A stretch of DNA of 64,000 nucleotides from Nemertoderma westbladi (taxonomy: Eukaryota > Animalia > Xenacoelomorpha). Under the pieces are notes generated by a model, which ran no database searches, had not been told where the DNA came from, and saw only the letters and a program-made list of their open reading frames with translations. Positions within the stretch are counted from its first letter, which is position 1. Each line of letters opens with the position of its first letter. The DNA is taken from the NCBI GenBank assembly GCA_032718475.1, contig JAUCBJ010001698.1, positions 1 through 64,000 of the forward strand, given 5' to 3'. Position numbers and translations under genes: made by a program. Positions 38,701 to 48,882 of this stretch are shown one piece after another.

Positions 38701-41700
38701 GGAGTGGAGAAAGATCGAATACCAGCGAGAAGAGCGGGGTGGATTCTTAAAACTAGAGGATGTGTACCTTTTAATATCCAGGGAGGCAGTAGTAGAAACT
38801 CGATCTAACTACACTGACCAGCACATCGTGGCAGAAGGAATCACATTGCCATCCTCCAACCGACAAAAACCCCAGACAACATCCACTAAGACGGCCACTT
38901 ACACCACACCGACGGAATCACGACAATTCTCGGACGGTAGTAGGGTATCTGCGCCCATTGGGACAAAACAGACGAGACAACAACTCGGTACCGACTTCAG
39001 CGGCTGCCAATACTGCGAGCATCTAGGCAAGCGGTATATCGGTCACAAGTTGAGGGGTTGTCGACAGTTTCGCGAGTTGAACTCGGAAGAACGACGGCTG
39101 CAGATACGGCCACTGGACTCTTGTTGGCGGTGTACGCGACACGGACACGTCCGTAAAGATTGCCCAAATACCGACACTTGTCCATCCTGTGGACGCAACC
39201 ACGACGGTCTGCTCCACACAGACAGCCACACACCGACAAAACGCTTCGCCAGGGAACACCCGGAAGCAGCAGCGAGATGTGATGCGGCCTACAGAAAACG
39301 AGAATCGAAAACGACTCCAACCTTCGTGACCCATATTGAGGATTGCTTCTCAGAACAACCCGGATCGTCGGACGAAGAGTCAGAAGACGACGACGTATAT
39401 TCGGATGGAGATGAACAGCCATCGATCGCGCTTCTGACTACTGACCAACTAAAGGGATTTAGTGTAATTCCGATTAAGATTACCGGCACAAAGGGGAGTA
39501 AAAGAATCTACGCGATTCTAGATTCAGCCTCATGTCACAGCTACGTGGATGAAAAGATAGCTGACGTCGTGACGGATCTCAGACAAGGTAAGCGCGTCAG
39601 TTATACCGTAAGTAGTATGCACGGACTACGTGCAATACCAGTGACACGAGTCAAGTTAAACTTAGACTCTCTTCTTCCGAAATCGCAACACAGCGAGAGG
39701 GAGAGGTCTTTGTTACCCTTCAAGGATTTGACCTTTGCGGCCACAAAAGACTTTAGTAACCTACTAGGTCCGGTCCCAGAACAATCCTTGGAGGACCGTA
39801 AGTATTTCAGACACCTTGGTGTACCAGAATGTCCTGTCAATTATAGATCGGTAGCCATGCTGATCGGGACAGACCAATTCAACCTACATCAAGTGTGGGA
39901 AACCAGACCATCGGCAGTCGTAGCGGGAAACGCATACGCCTGCAGAACGCCGATAGGGTGGTATACTCGAGCGCCTGTGCGCACACTGGACATAAGTGAA
40001 GAGGAAGACGATGTACGAAGTACATGTAGTTTATTAACTACAAATTCAATTCATTCCTTCTCACACGACGTGAACCATACTACACTACAGTCGACAAAAC
40101 GTGACAGACGTGTAACTAGTATGATAAGTCACAAGGAGCAGCTAATCCACCAGCGGAGTTTAGAACTTGGGGAGAAGACGAGTCAGCTAGAGATTCCATC
40201 GACGACAGATGATAACGCCGGAAGGCTTGCGAGTCTACCTACCCCAACGACATCAACAATGCCCGTCGAGATCGATGATGACGCGTTGAGAAATCATCAA
40301 ATGGAACAAGCTGCACTGGACAAAGAATTAACGGAGAAGACTATCAGGTGGTTAGAACAAGATACAGCTGAACCTGGTAGCTACGAACCTTGTATGTCGG
40401 AACAGGAGAAACAATCTCTGAAGATCATGGAAGATACTATCCGACAGACGGAGGACGGACATTATGAGGTAGGGATGTTATGGCGTAGCCAAAGTCCTAA
40501 ACTCACAAATAACTATCCACTGGCTTTAAGACGTCTACACTCAATACGGCAACGTCTATTAAAGGACGAGAAAGCCCATCTGCAGTATAACACTCAGATG
40601 GAGACGTATTTGACTAAAGGATACGCTATCCGAATGACTAACCCAGAGATAGTGACTGACCAAACATATTACTTGCCACATCACTATGTGAGACACCCCG
40701 ACAAACCAGATAAAGTACGCGTAGTCAATGACTGTGCGGCTCTGTTTGAGGGAATGTCCCTCAATAGTGAGTTGATGGATGGACCAAACATGAATAATTA
40801 TCTTATGGGGGTGATTATGCGCTTCCGTCAGCGTCAAGTAGCTTTTACTTGTGACGTTGAAGCGATGTTTCACCAAGTGAGAGCGTTAGAGCGAGACAGA
40901 GACAGTTTGCGGTTCCTCTGGTACCTGGAAGGAGACTTAAGTCTACCACCGGCGACTTACCAAATGCAAGTTCGCGTTTTCGGTGCCAGAGACAGCCCAA
41001 ATTGCACGATGTACGCCCTAAAACAAGCCGCTAGAGATCAGAAACATCTATATGACCCAGAGATAATTAAAATCGTAGAACGTGACTTTTACGTAGACGA
41101 CGGATTACAGAGTTGCGACACAGTAGAACGTGCTACAACAGTAGCACATCAATTACGGGACTGCTTAGCGGGCGGAGGTTTTAACCTCACCAAATTCGCC
41201 TCAAACAGTGCCGAATTAGTAGACTCATTCGGAACGACTGAGCGTGGAGGTGGTGACATAGACCTAGAGTTCGAACCACTACCGACGACCAAGGTGTTGG
41301 GGCTCTTTTGGGACCCAAACACGGACAACTTCCGAGTGAAAGTAAGACTGGACAGTCAAGAAAACACACTGACAAAGAGATCATGCTTGTCAAAATTGAG
41401 CCGATTGTTCGATCCGTTAGGATTCATCAGTCCAGTAATACTGCAAGCCCGCATTTATATGCGCAGTATTTGGAAGGATGGACTAACATGGGACGAGCCG
41501 ATCTCATCAGACCAAGTGGACTTATGGAAGACCTGGGAGGCGGAATTATCTTCGCTAGAGGATTATTCCATACCCAGAGTTTACTTTCCATTACAAAGTA
41601 CATTTCCTGACAACTTGGAACTACACTGTTTTTCTGACGCCAGTGACAACGGTTTTGGTGTGGCAGCGTACTTGCGCAGACAAGTAGACTCAGAAGCATT

Positions 41701-44494
41701 CGATGTTTCGCTCATTACTTCTAAGGCAAAAACAATGCCTACTAAGTATATGACGACACCACGAGCTGAGCTACAAGCCGCAACCCTGTCAACCACCATC
41801 GTGAACCTCATACAGACAGAACTACAGTCAAGTTTACAGATATTTTATTGGACTGACGCGACGTTGGTTTTATTTTACATAAACAACGACACGCTTGAAT
41901 TCAAGACATTCGTAGCTAACCGTCGCGCAGAAATTCTAGATCGTTCAATAAAAGAGGATTGGCGACATTGTCCCGGACCACAAAACCCAGCTGATATTGC
42001 GTCGCGAGGAATGATGCCTGAGGAATTCTGTAAACCGGAAAACAAAGAATTTTGGCAACACGGACCCCAATTCTTGCAGAAATCGACGCAAGATTGGCCA
42101 CCGTTATGCGACAACAAGTCTAACACCATCCCTAAGGACGCCGAAATCAAGAAACCAAAAAAGGGGAAGGCAAAGAAAAAGACGACGGCGGCAAAACTCA
42201 AGAAAAAACCGAAGGCGAAATGGAAAGATATAACTTCAAAGGTCAAGAGAGGAAGACTTGCGAGCCTTTCTACACCAGACATATCGCCAGACGGTCAACC
42301 AGACACGTTACTAGACGGTCAACCAGACGTTTTGTCAGACATATCACAAAATGTTCTACCAGACACTAGTAACATATTGACAAACAGTAAAGCCGCAGCT
42401 TCCCTATTGGAGCGGCCTTCTGTTGACAAACAACCAGATACGTTACCAGACGTATCGCCAGACACATTACTAGACAGTCGACTAGACATTTTGTCAGAAA
42501 CATCACAAAATGTTCTACCGGACATTAGTAATGTATCGACTAACAGTAAAGCCGCAGTTTCCCTATTGGAGCGGCCTTGTATTGACAAACTACCAATTTT
42601 GACACACTTGAGCAACCATAAGCATGGTGAAACCTCATGTATTACAGATGTGGGTAGTACCTACGCTAATGTAAATACAGGTGTTACTCTGCGCTCAAGA
42701 GACATACCAAACTTGCAACCTATGGTGAGACCTGGGATTAATATCGGCAGAAAAATAAGCTTACCGAAACCCACTGACCCCATAGAGTTCAAACCACCAT
42801 TAACGATCGACTTACAAAGTACTGACAATCAAGGTAAGAAGACGAAGAAGGACAAATTACTTGTAGACCCGGATGGATCAACAGTCAACAAGGGAATACT
42901 TACCGGCGGACCCGTGGGCCCTTCTAGTAATTCAAAACCTTCCAAATTCTCCATTGACTTACCTGATGACGTCACAAATACTTACGTCGACCGTATTGTA
43001 AACCTAACAGATTCTTGGACGAACGCTTGCCGAAAATTAGCGTGGATTGTACGTTTTGTACAATACGTTAAAGGCAAACGCGACTTTACACATCGACTTA
43101 CATTGGCTGAGATTGACAGGTGTGAGATTAAATTAATTCGCCATTACCAACTGCGATATTTCGCGCGCGAATTCACATCTATAAATCAAGGTCAACCAAT
43201 CAAGTCGTCACCAATACTGAGTTGGAGTCCGATTATTTATAATGGCTTAATTTGTCATAAATCTCGGCTTCAAAACATTGACTTTAACACAAACTTTAGG
43301 TACCCAATAATAATACCGCAACATCACGAACTACAACGTGCAATGATACTGGACGCACATTTACATCTGAAACACGCTGGAAGACACCACTGTCTTTCCT
43401 ACTTACGTACAAGATTTGTATTAATTAGACCCAGTAAAGCGTTAAGTTCAGTGACACGTACGTGTATTATTTGTAAAAAGGTACATTCTAGAATAGGTAC
43501 CCAAGAAATGAGTGAACTTCCACAAGCACGACTTCAAGCATTCAGACCACCTTTTACAGAGACTGGAATTGATTGCTTTGGTCCCATACATACGAAACGT
43601 GGACGTATACTAGTAAAACGCTGGGGACTGATTTTCACATGTATGTCCAGTAGGGCAGTTCACATTGAACGTGTGATGGATCTTTCCACCAACGCGTTTA
43701 TACTAGCACTGCGGCGATTTATCGCTAGACGCGGACTAGTGAAATGCTTGTACTCAGACCAAGGGACAAACTTTGTTGGTGCTCGAAATGAGATTGCTAG
43801 AGCCTTTAAGAAATTAGATCATGATCAAATCTCGAACGAACTGCAACCTCACAAGATTGTTTGGAAGTTCAATCCTCCAGATAGTCCTTGGAGAGGCGGA
43901 GTCTGGGAGAGATTGATTAGATCTATAAAGACGGCAATGGCAAAGGTCATTCCAGTAAACCACATATTGACAGATGACCAACTGACGACACTGTTTGTTG
44001 AAATCGAGGCAATACTAAATACTAGACCAATAGTATTAGTACCCGATGACAAACAATCTCAGTTCGCTTTGACACCGGCACACCTGCTTATGCAGGCACC
44101 GACCATATTGACACCTATTTCTATTCCAATAGAAAGCGACAGCTACAGTAGAAAAGCGTGGAAAATCACGCAACTACTAGCTAACAAATTCTGGGAAATA
44201 TGGCAAAACCATTATTTGCCCTCTATTTCTGCCAGAACAACATGGTACAATAACACCCGCGCATTAAAGCCGGGAGATCACGTGCTGTTAGCGGAAGTGA
44301 ATCTAAAAAGACGCTTCTGGATAACAGGTGTAATTTTAGCCACACATCCATCTATGGATGGAGTGACAAGAACTGTGACGGTACGGACAATTGACGGTCG
44401 TACAGTAGACAGACCGACTCAACGTCTCGTACTTCTTGAAGAGACTCGTAACGAGTCTGGAGACTACAAATCTCCACCTAATACTAGTAAATAA
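35741..44494 (+). CDS. BEL/Pao Gag-Pol polyprotein, 2917 aa
   Basis: Single ORF: coiled coil, Gag (PPKFSG), CCHC knuckles, protease AILDSAS, RT FYVDDGL, RNase H CFSDAS/PRAEL/YWTDA/NPADIASRG, integrase HHCC, GIDCFGP, SDQGTNF, WERLI. Confidence 0.98.
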   Translation: MSDKQNYTKNTQTDYDSCDADKSAAEEQQGKTREPTEPTPCASPVHPTGVPDAVVRGDGRTKDFLTVPQPRYRETDMVSSAGSQESVVRSVGGYMAHITRSIGEGQCVLDELTAPMSRFEFYTLQVRVQSKVYKSVDNLIGLQDLARQRQDMDTQLRILEKLMIAREKLIQFKSTIRHIQQEQADQLLGESVSDELLQPEEEQELYRLDGQLKHLTDHLRMCGEDVGDSETVPEYTRETSPVRIESAPGILDQSLVSIRSEIGEISIVTSEISRQQQQVDRQQREAEEQAQLLTAQGAVQEEKLRVADVARISHLQEQAELEAAEMERLELEIAQRTAAAELAQQAAAAELAQQAAAAELERQAAAAELEEHKRVSEARAEMKKRQIKAQSVIRQAELEAQQRQTEQREKEVKLHFELGKKARELANAKEDLDLQARDRSMRSRDGHDLDQIEVRHRQIQEWKKEGSVGAPGRERQLVKDLCQRFPQVTHMFAPVTTKEPVSIAGSSNIYPIHGATEHRFVIPDEFTPPRATSSPIPKVKVSNPPITDRSSLLVEPVLLTTKQVSPPLTPKPVTHYAYPMTFRPTRPLDSNAVTRPPVQFTSQSTTSRKTCEPTEQQRTVDTRPFNQFTSQSTTSRKTCEPTEQRRTVDTRPFNKFTSQSTTSRKTCEPTEQRRSVDDVPKRNVRIRTTQWTRARRPPYPDDSSTSSESDYPKREVFRTGAADEYKRERSDNSFVDNPPQNTPTQKALQPTRQISTQQFADILRPVVNKLAQIEERLEEVQTDSSRNTEFEHNRHPKEPQRPVPSKHTSYQGKAPRRENINLVTNQGRETLNVAEEIAKFAARQGLPVQQPPKFSGSSKHWHTFVDYIESQIAMCAFTSREKFNYLLQTLSGEPKRLAETFVGVPDAFELAYDRLTSIYGGTVSMARSVIEELCKGGAITKPVDLLKLADEIKNAITTLRSIGQLDYGNTPTVLLKIIGRLHHRLRREWRKIEYQREERGGFLKLEDVYLLISREAVVETRSNYTDQHIVAEGITLPSSNRQKPQTTSTKTATYTTPTESRQFSDGSRVSAPIGTKQTRQQLGTDFSGCQYCEHLGKRYIGHKLRGCRQFRELNSEERRLQIRPLDSCWRCTRHGHVRKDCPNTDTCPSCGRNHDGLLHTDSHTPTKRFAREHPEAAARCDAAYRKRESKTTPTFVTHIEDCFSEQPGSSDEESEDDDVYSDGDEQPSIALLTTDQLKGFSVIPIKITGTKGSKRIYAILDSASCHSYVDEKIADVVTDLRQGKRVSYTVSSMHGLRAIPVTRVKLNLDSLLPKSQHSERERSLLPFKDLTFAATKDFSNLLGPVPEQSLEDRKYFRHLGVPECPVNYRSVAMLIGTDQFNLHQVWETRPSAVVAGNAYACRTPIGWYTRAPVRTLDISEEEDDVRSTCSLLTTNSIHSFSHDVNHTTLQSTKRDRRVTSMISHKEQLIHQRSLELGEKTSQLEIPSTTDDNAGRLASLPTPTTSTMPVEIDDDALRNHQMEQAALDKELTEKTIRWLEQDTAEPGSYEPCMSEQEKQSLKIMEDTIRQTEDGHYEVGMLWRSQSPKLTNNYPLALRRLHSIRQRLLKDEKAHLQYNTQMETYLTKGYAIRMTNPEIVTDQTYYLPHHYVRHPDKPDKVRVVNDCAALFEGMSLNSELMDGPNMNNYLMGVIMRFRQRQVAFTCDVEAMFHQVRALERDRDSLRFLWYLEGDLSLPPATYQMQVRVFGARDSPNCTMYALKQAARDQKHLYDPEIIKIVERDFYVDDGLQSCDTVERATTVAHQLRDCLAGGGFNLTKFASNSAELVDSFGTTERGGGDIDLEFEPLPTTKVLGLFWDPNTDNFRVKVRLDSQENTLTKRSCLSKLSRLFDPLGFISPVILQARIYMRSIWKDGLTWDEPISSDQVDLWKTWEAELSSLEDYSIPRVYFPLQSTFPDNLELHCFSDASDNGFGVAAYLRRQVDSEAFDVSLITSKAKTMPTKYMTTPRAELQAATLSTTIVNLIQTELQSSLQIFYWTDATLVLFYINNDTLEFKTFVANRRAEILDRSIKEDWRHCPGPQNPADIASRGMMPEEFCKPENKEFWQHGPQFLQKSTQDWPPLCDNKSNTIPKDAEIKKPKKGKAKKKTTAAKLKKKPKAKWKDITSKVKRGRLASLSTPDISPDGQPDTLLDGQPDVLSDISQNVLPDTSNILTNSKAAASLLERPSVDKQPDTLPDVSPDTLLDSRLDILSETSQNVLPDISNVSTNSKAAVSLLERPCIDKLPILTHLSNHKHGETSCITDVGSTYANVNTGVTLRSRDIPNLQPMVRPGINIGRKISLPKPTDPIEFKPPLTIDLQSTDNQGKKTKKDKLLVDPDGSTVNKGILTGGPVGPSSNSKPSKFSIDLPDDVTNTYVDRIVNLTDSWTNACRKLAWIVRFVQYVKGKRDFTHRLTLAEIDRCEIKLIRHYQLRYFAREFTSINQGQPIKSSPILSWSPIIYNGLICHKSRLQNIDFNTNFRYPIIIPQHHELQRAMILDAHLHLKHAGRHHCLSYLRTRFVLIRPSKALSSVTRTCIICKKVHSRIGTQEMSELPQARLQAFRPPFTETGIDCFGPIHTKRGRILVKRWGLIFTCMSSRAVHIERVMDLSTNAFILALRRFIARRGLVKCLYSDQGTNFVGARNEIARAFKKLDHDQISNELQPHKIVWKFNPPDSPWRGGVWERLIRSIKTAMAKVIPVNHILTDDQLTTLFVEIEAILNTRPIVLVPDDKQSQFALTPAHLLMQAPTILTPISIPIESDSYSRKAWKITQLLANKFWEIWQNHYLPSISARTTWYNNTRALKPGDHVLLAEVNLKRRFWITGVILATHPSMDGVTRTVTVRTIDGRTVDRPTQRLVLLEETRNESGDYKSPPNTSK
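37533..37772 (+). repeat. 84-bp (28-aa) tandem repeat, ~3 copies, inside gag
   Basis: QFTSQSTTSRKTCEPTEQQRTVDTRPFN repeated. Confidence 0.95.
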
Positions 44495-45156
44495 TTAGGA
44501 GTTTACAAATAGATTTCCACGTACCTGTACACCGTAGTAAGGACAGCGGTAGAATTCCATTGTCTTTATATGTGAACATTGAGGGTAGTACCCTTATGTG
44601 TCATATAGGAGCGGGATTTGTAGGTATAAGAAATGGAATTCTACTTGGAACTCACAATATTGAGACATTTTCGAAAATTTAGACAATCCATTTGGATTTG
44701 AAAAATTTTTAAAAATTTTCTCCAGTGAATAGATTTCAGGGTACAGTCGGGTGGAACTTAAAATTAGAGAAACAAGAGAGGAAGACTTGCGAGCCTTTCT
44801 TAAAATTTTTAATTAAATTTTACACGGTCTTGTTTCAATAAGTTACGTCAAAATAGACTCCCCTATATTTATTTACTAATTCTTGACTGCTTATTTTCTG
44901 ATAATAGTTTGGGATCAAAAAGTGAGTATTTTAGACTCACAGCCAGTTTAGCCCAAATTCGTTTTTATTTCGGCAAAAAATTTTAGATAAGAAGCAGCGT
45001 GTCATTAAAGAAACCCTAGATCTTAGGCTATGGGTAGGAGGTTAGAGCGTTGTCGAGCCCAAAGGGCAGACGAAACTCTCACGTCTCCTCACAACTAACT
45101 ACAAACTCTGTTGTATTCCCTCTAGTAGTAATGATTATGTAACTACACCCCTAATT

Positions 45157-48100
45157 ATGGAGAAAGGGATACAAGGAGAGCCGAGATGGGGATATGATAT
45201 CCAAGAGGAGGCAGCAGCGCCATTCGAAAGATTTGGAGCCAAGGACTACACTATATTTGGTATAAAAGAATTATCGGAAAGTACAGCGAAACTCGCGAGA
45301 ACTAAATATGACTCGAATGTATTAAAGAGAAGACAAAACGCATTAAACGAAAGAATCGAAAGTTTGCGTCAAACCTTCAATGAACTTTACCCGTACGACG
45401 CTTTGTGTGATACGGGAGACATTAGCGAAGACCCCGATACTGAAATTAGTCGTTTGTATCATACCATGCAATACCTAAAGGCACACGAACCTATGCCCGC
45501 GGTAAGAGATGAATTCGATGGAATGCATCTTTACAGACGAACTCGAGGGGACGATAGAGAAACCAAGGAAGCATTTTCAGTTTATAAACTTTATTATCAA
45601 TGCGGTTCTTGAATGCGCGAACAACGAAATGCGATTCCGATGCGTTTGAATAAGGAAAATCCCGAACCGATATTGGCGAGGTGTTCGAATCATCAACAAC
45701 TACGCTACCAGGAAGGAGGGTATCCTTTATCGAATCCATATCATTCATTTGCTATGACCGGACCAAAGGCGGGAGAAACTGTCATTTACCCACCTAAGGT
45801 TGTTGAACCCGATGTATTTGAACTTACGCTGGACGAGGCGAATCAGTCAACCCGCGAAAAGAAAGAAGCTCTTAGCCTATACAGAGCCTACAAGGCTTTC
45901 GAGAAAGGTGAGATGGAAGAATGGGGTGGAAGACTCGCGAGCCTACCTTGCCATTGGACGTCACACGATCAAACTTCAGCTAAGGAGATGACACCGGAAG
46001 TTTTCGAGAGCATAAACTTTGCTCAAAACGTTATTCAGAGACTACAGATTGCATCCCCGGAGAGGACAAGAGAAATGCAACCGTATAGTACTTCAACTAC
46101 GAAACCATTGAGTACGACACTCAACTTTCCTATTAGTATACCAGTCCGACAGGATACGACGTACGAAATACCCATCGTGGATCATCCAGAAATCATTTCA
46201 AACTTGGAGTTTCTTCCTGCAGTTGTTTTCAGCGATATGAGTAAGATATATGATTTACGTAGACATATTACTCAAAAGGTCGTGTACAACGTTCCACCTC
46301 ATATTCAAGATTTCAAGGAACTGGATAGAGCTGGTGCCGATATAGCTCCGAGTAATCTGAAAGGATATCTAACCGAGACGATTCGTTTATGGATTGGAAC
46401 CGGAACCTTCGAGTCGGATACAGATATTGCCGCAGATTGGCGAGGTAAGGTTATTCGTTTCGAAGATGATAAGGATATAGAGAAGATTTGGCAACCTTCG
46501 GAAGAATTGTTGGATGAATGGAATAGGACGTTCAGATCGTTTCAGGAAAATGGTAACATGTTTTACGATAACGAGGGCGGCAGTCATCAGCAGAGTTTGA
46601 CTTCTAAGACTATACAGATTAGAGCGGCGGACGGAGTCCTGCACGTTTTCAGTAGACAGAGGAGCGACAAACGAATGCCGATACCTCCAGCGAATACAAA
46701 GCGACACCATCTTATCACCGATATAGTAAAGAAGATGGACCAAGCTTGTAATATTGACGCTAGAATGCTACCGAAGATGGTAAGAAACATGATTTTAGAT
46801 AAAACTGTTGTAAAGATTGGATCAGGAGTAAGGGAGGATTTAATTAGCGACTTCGCCGGCATGACGGACAGCGATGACCGACTACCGACACCTTACGTCG
46901 ACACTCGACCTCTTATCTTGTGGTCTATAGAACAGGGATATTTTCGTGAGTACAATACTCAGAAGACTGGAACTGGGTACATTTCCTACCTGTTATTCAA
47001 TTGGGATTATAAGGAAAATAAGAGAAACAAGTATATTGAAACTTATGGAGAAGGTGATACTCCAGATATGAGTGAGTTTGAATCACAGCTTAAATGGAGA
47101 GGATGCGTGTATTGGGCCATTACGTCACCTCCAAGAGCGGTCTTACAATATTATTTAGCAATAGAGTCGTCAGTGAATGTTTGCTTAATCGCCGACATTG
47201 TGTCTCGGACTCTCAAAAGACATCCACTTTGTCTCGGAGAAGATCATACGTTCTACATGGAAGGGAGAATTCGTACCGACGTGTTTAGACGATTCCTTGA
47301 ACCCTTCTACAACTCCGACGCTCAGTGTAATGCCTTTACTCGAGCAGGATTTAGTATATTTCGAGACGTGTATCTTCGCTGTGCGGGATCTCTTATCGAA
47401 AGACCATCTATGTTTACATTGTTACCCTATGAAGGAGAACGTATCGTGGAGATTACGGAAGAATCACGGCAGACGCGCGCGCCTATCGGTCACCTTGGTG
47501 ATGATTTCGAAGTAACTACTACGATCGCTGACGATCCTTTAGAGGAACTTCTTGAGATAGAAAGGAACCTCCCGAAGAAATCTCAGACGGAGATTCGACA
47601 ACTTGAAGCAACAGATGCTATAGTTTGTATACAACCTTCAGAAACCTACCAACCCATAGACCCAGATGATTACGATTATAGTATGGGAGGAAGCGCTCGA
47701 CCGATTGGAGATCTTATATACGAACGAGTGTGGTACCCTGCCAATACGATGTGTAGTAAATGTGGCGTCGCTGGACATCATATGACAAAGTGCAGTGGAA
47801 AGCACATTACTACGACTCAGCTAATCTGTGGATGGTGTGGGGATCAAGGGTCTCATACATTTTATACTTGCTGGAGATTTATGGCTCAATGTACTTACTG
47901 CAATATAAAGGGACATCGAGCATCTGAATGCCAATTAAGAGACATACCTTATGAACACGAATCTGTAAAACTCGTGAGGAAATTATTCGATGAGTGGGAA
48001 GATTTAGCCGACGAACATGTATCGGCACAAAGAAGACGGTTTCCGATGAGAGCGCATCTCGGATTTTGGGCGGTAAATCCCCAGACGATGATGTCGGAAG

Positions 48101-48882
48101 GATACATCTCCGCTATGCCCCAATATGACGAACTTATCGAGGTTGTCGATATTTTGCCCCACGACAGCGGATTCCGAGTGGTGCGCAAGTATCTACTACA
48201 GATTCACCCGGATAACAAAAACACGTGGAATTTTCAGAAAGTCGTTAATCGCATTACGTATGGTGAATTCGATCGTTTCCGAACCGAAAGGCGGAACAAA
48301 GGAGCTTGGTTAACCGTCGCATGGGCGTACCGAGCCGCGTTTTACCATAAACGTATACGAGCGAGCGTATTCGAGGAAGAGGAGGTCCTAGAGGCGACAA
48401 ATATACCAGCCACTCCGGTTGCGCTGTCTGCACGTCACCCTCGGGAGGACGGGCAGGGTAGGATCATACGGGTCCAAAAGGTGGGCCAACAATTAAAGAA
48501 AATTATTAATGTAGAAGAACGCAAGGGAGTTGAGCCGACTATTCGAGTTACTCGGGATACGGTATCACTTCCAAGAGAACCAGTAGGAGGATCGGGACAT
48601 ACACCAGCTGATCAACAGGGGGCGCAAGCTACTCTTGGGTCTGCGTCGTCCGCTTCTCGCGTGTTCCCAGACGTTCTACCAACTGTAGTGACGACTGATC
48701 GGTCACGAGGAATCGGTCGAGGTTTTGGGATGCCAAATAGACGAATTTGCGAGGAAATAGTCGCACCGTCTCTCAACGTCCCAAGTAAACCAGTGACTCG
48801 CCCCACGAGTCCCATATCGCGAGCAAAGTCACCTGTGCGCAGTTTTCGAGGACGCGGCAGGGCTCGATCCACTAAGCGATAA
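45157..48882 (+). CDS. Element 2 extra ORF (ORF3), ~1241 codons with one in-frame TGA (45610-45612): DEDDy 3'-5' exonuclease, 3 CCHC knuckles and a basic tail
   Basis: ExoI FYDNEG (46561), TIQIRA, ExoII LPKMVRNMILDKTVVKIGSGVREDL, YVDTR, ExoIII-like YYLAIES. Knuckles CSKCGVAGHHMTKC, CGWCGDQGSHTFYTC, CTYCNIKGHRASEC (47752-47931). Confidence 0.85.

Noticed and set aside
45040-45090. Hammerhead ribozyme before ORF3 (CGAAAC plus hairpin)
   Set aside because: The CUGANGA core is absent.
45157-48882. ORF3 as env
   Set aside because: No evident signal peptide, transmembrane anchor or fusion-glycoprotein pattern; the motifs are nuclease and zinc knuckle.
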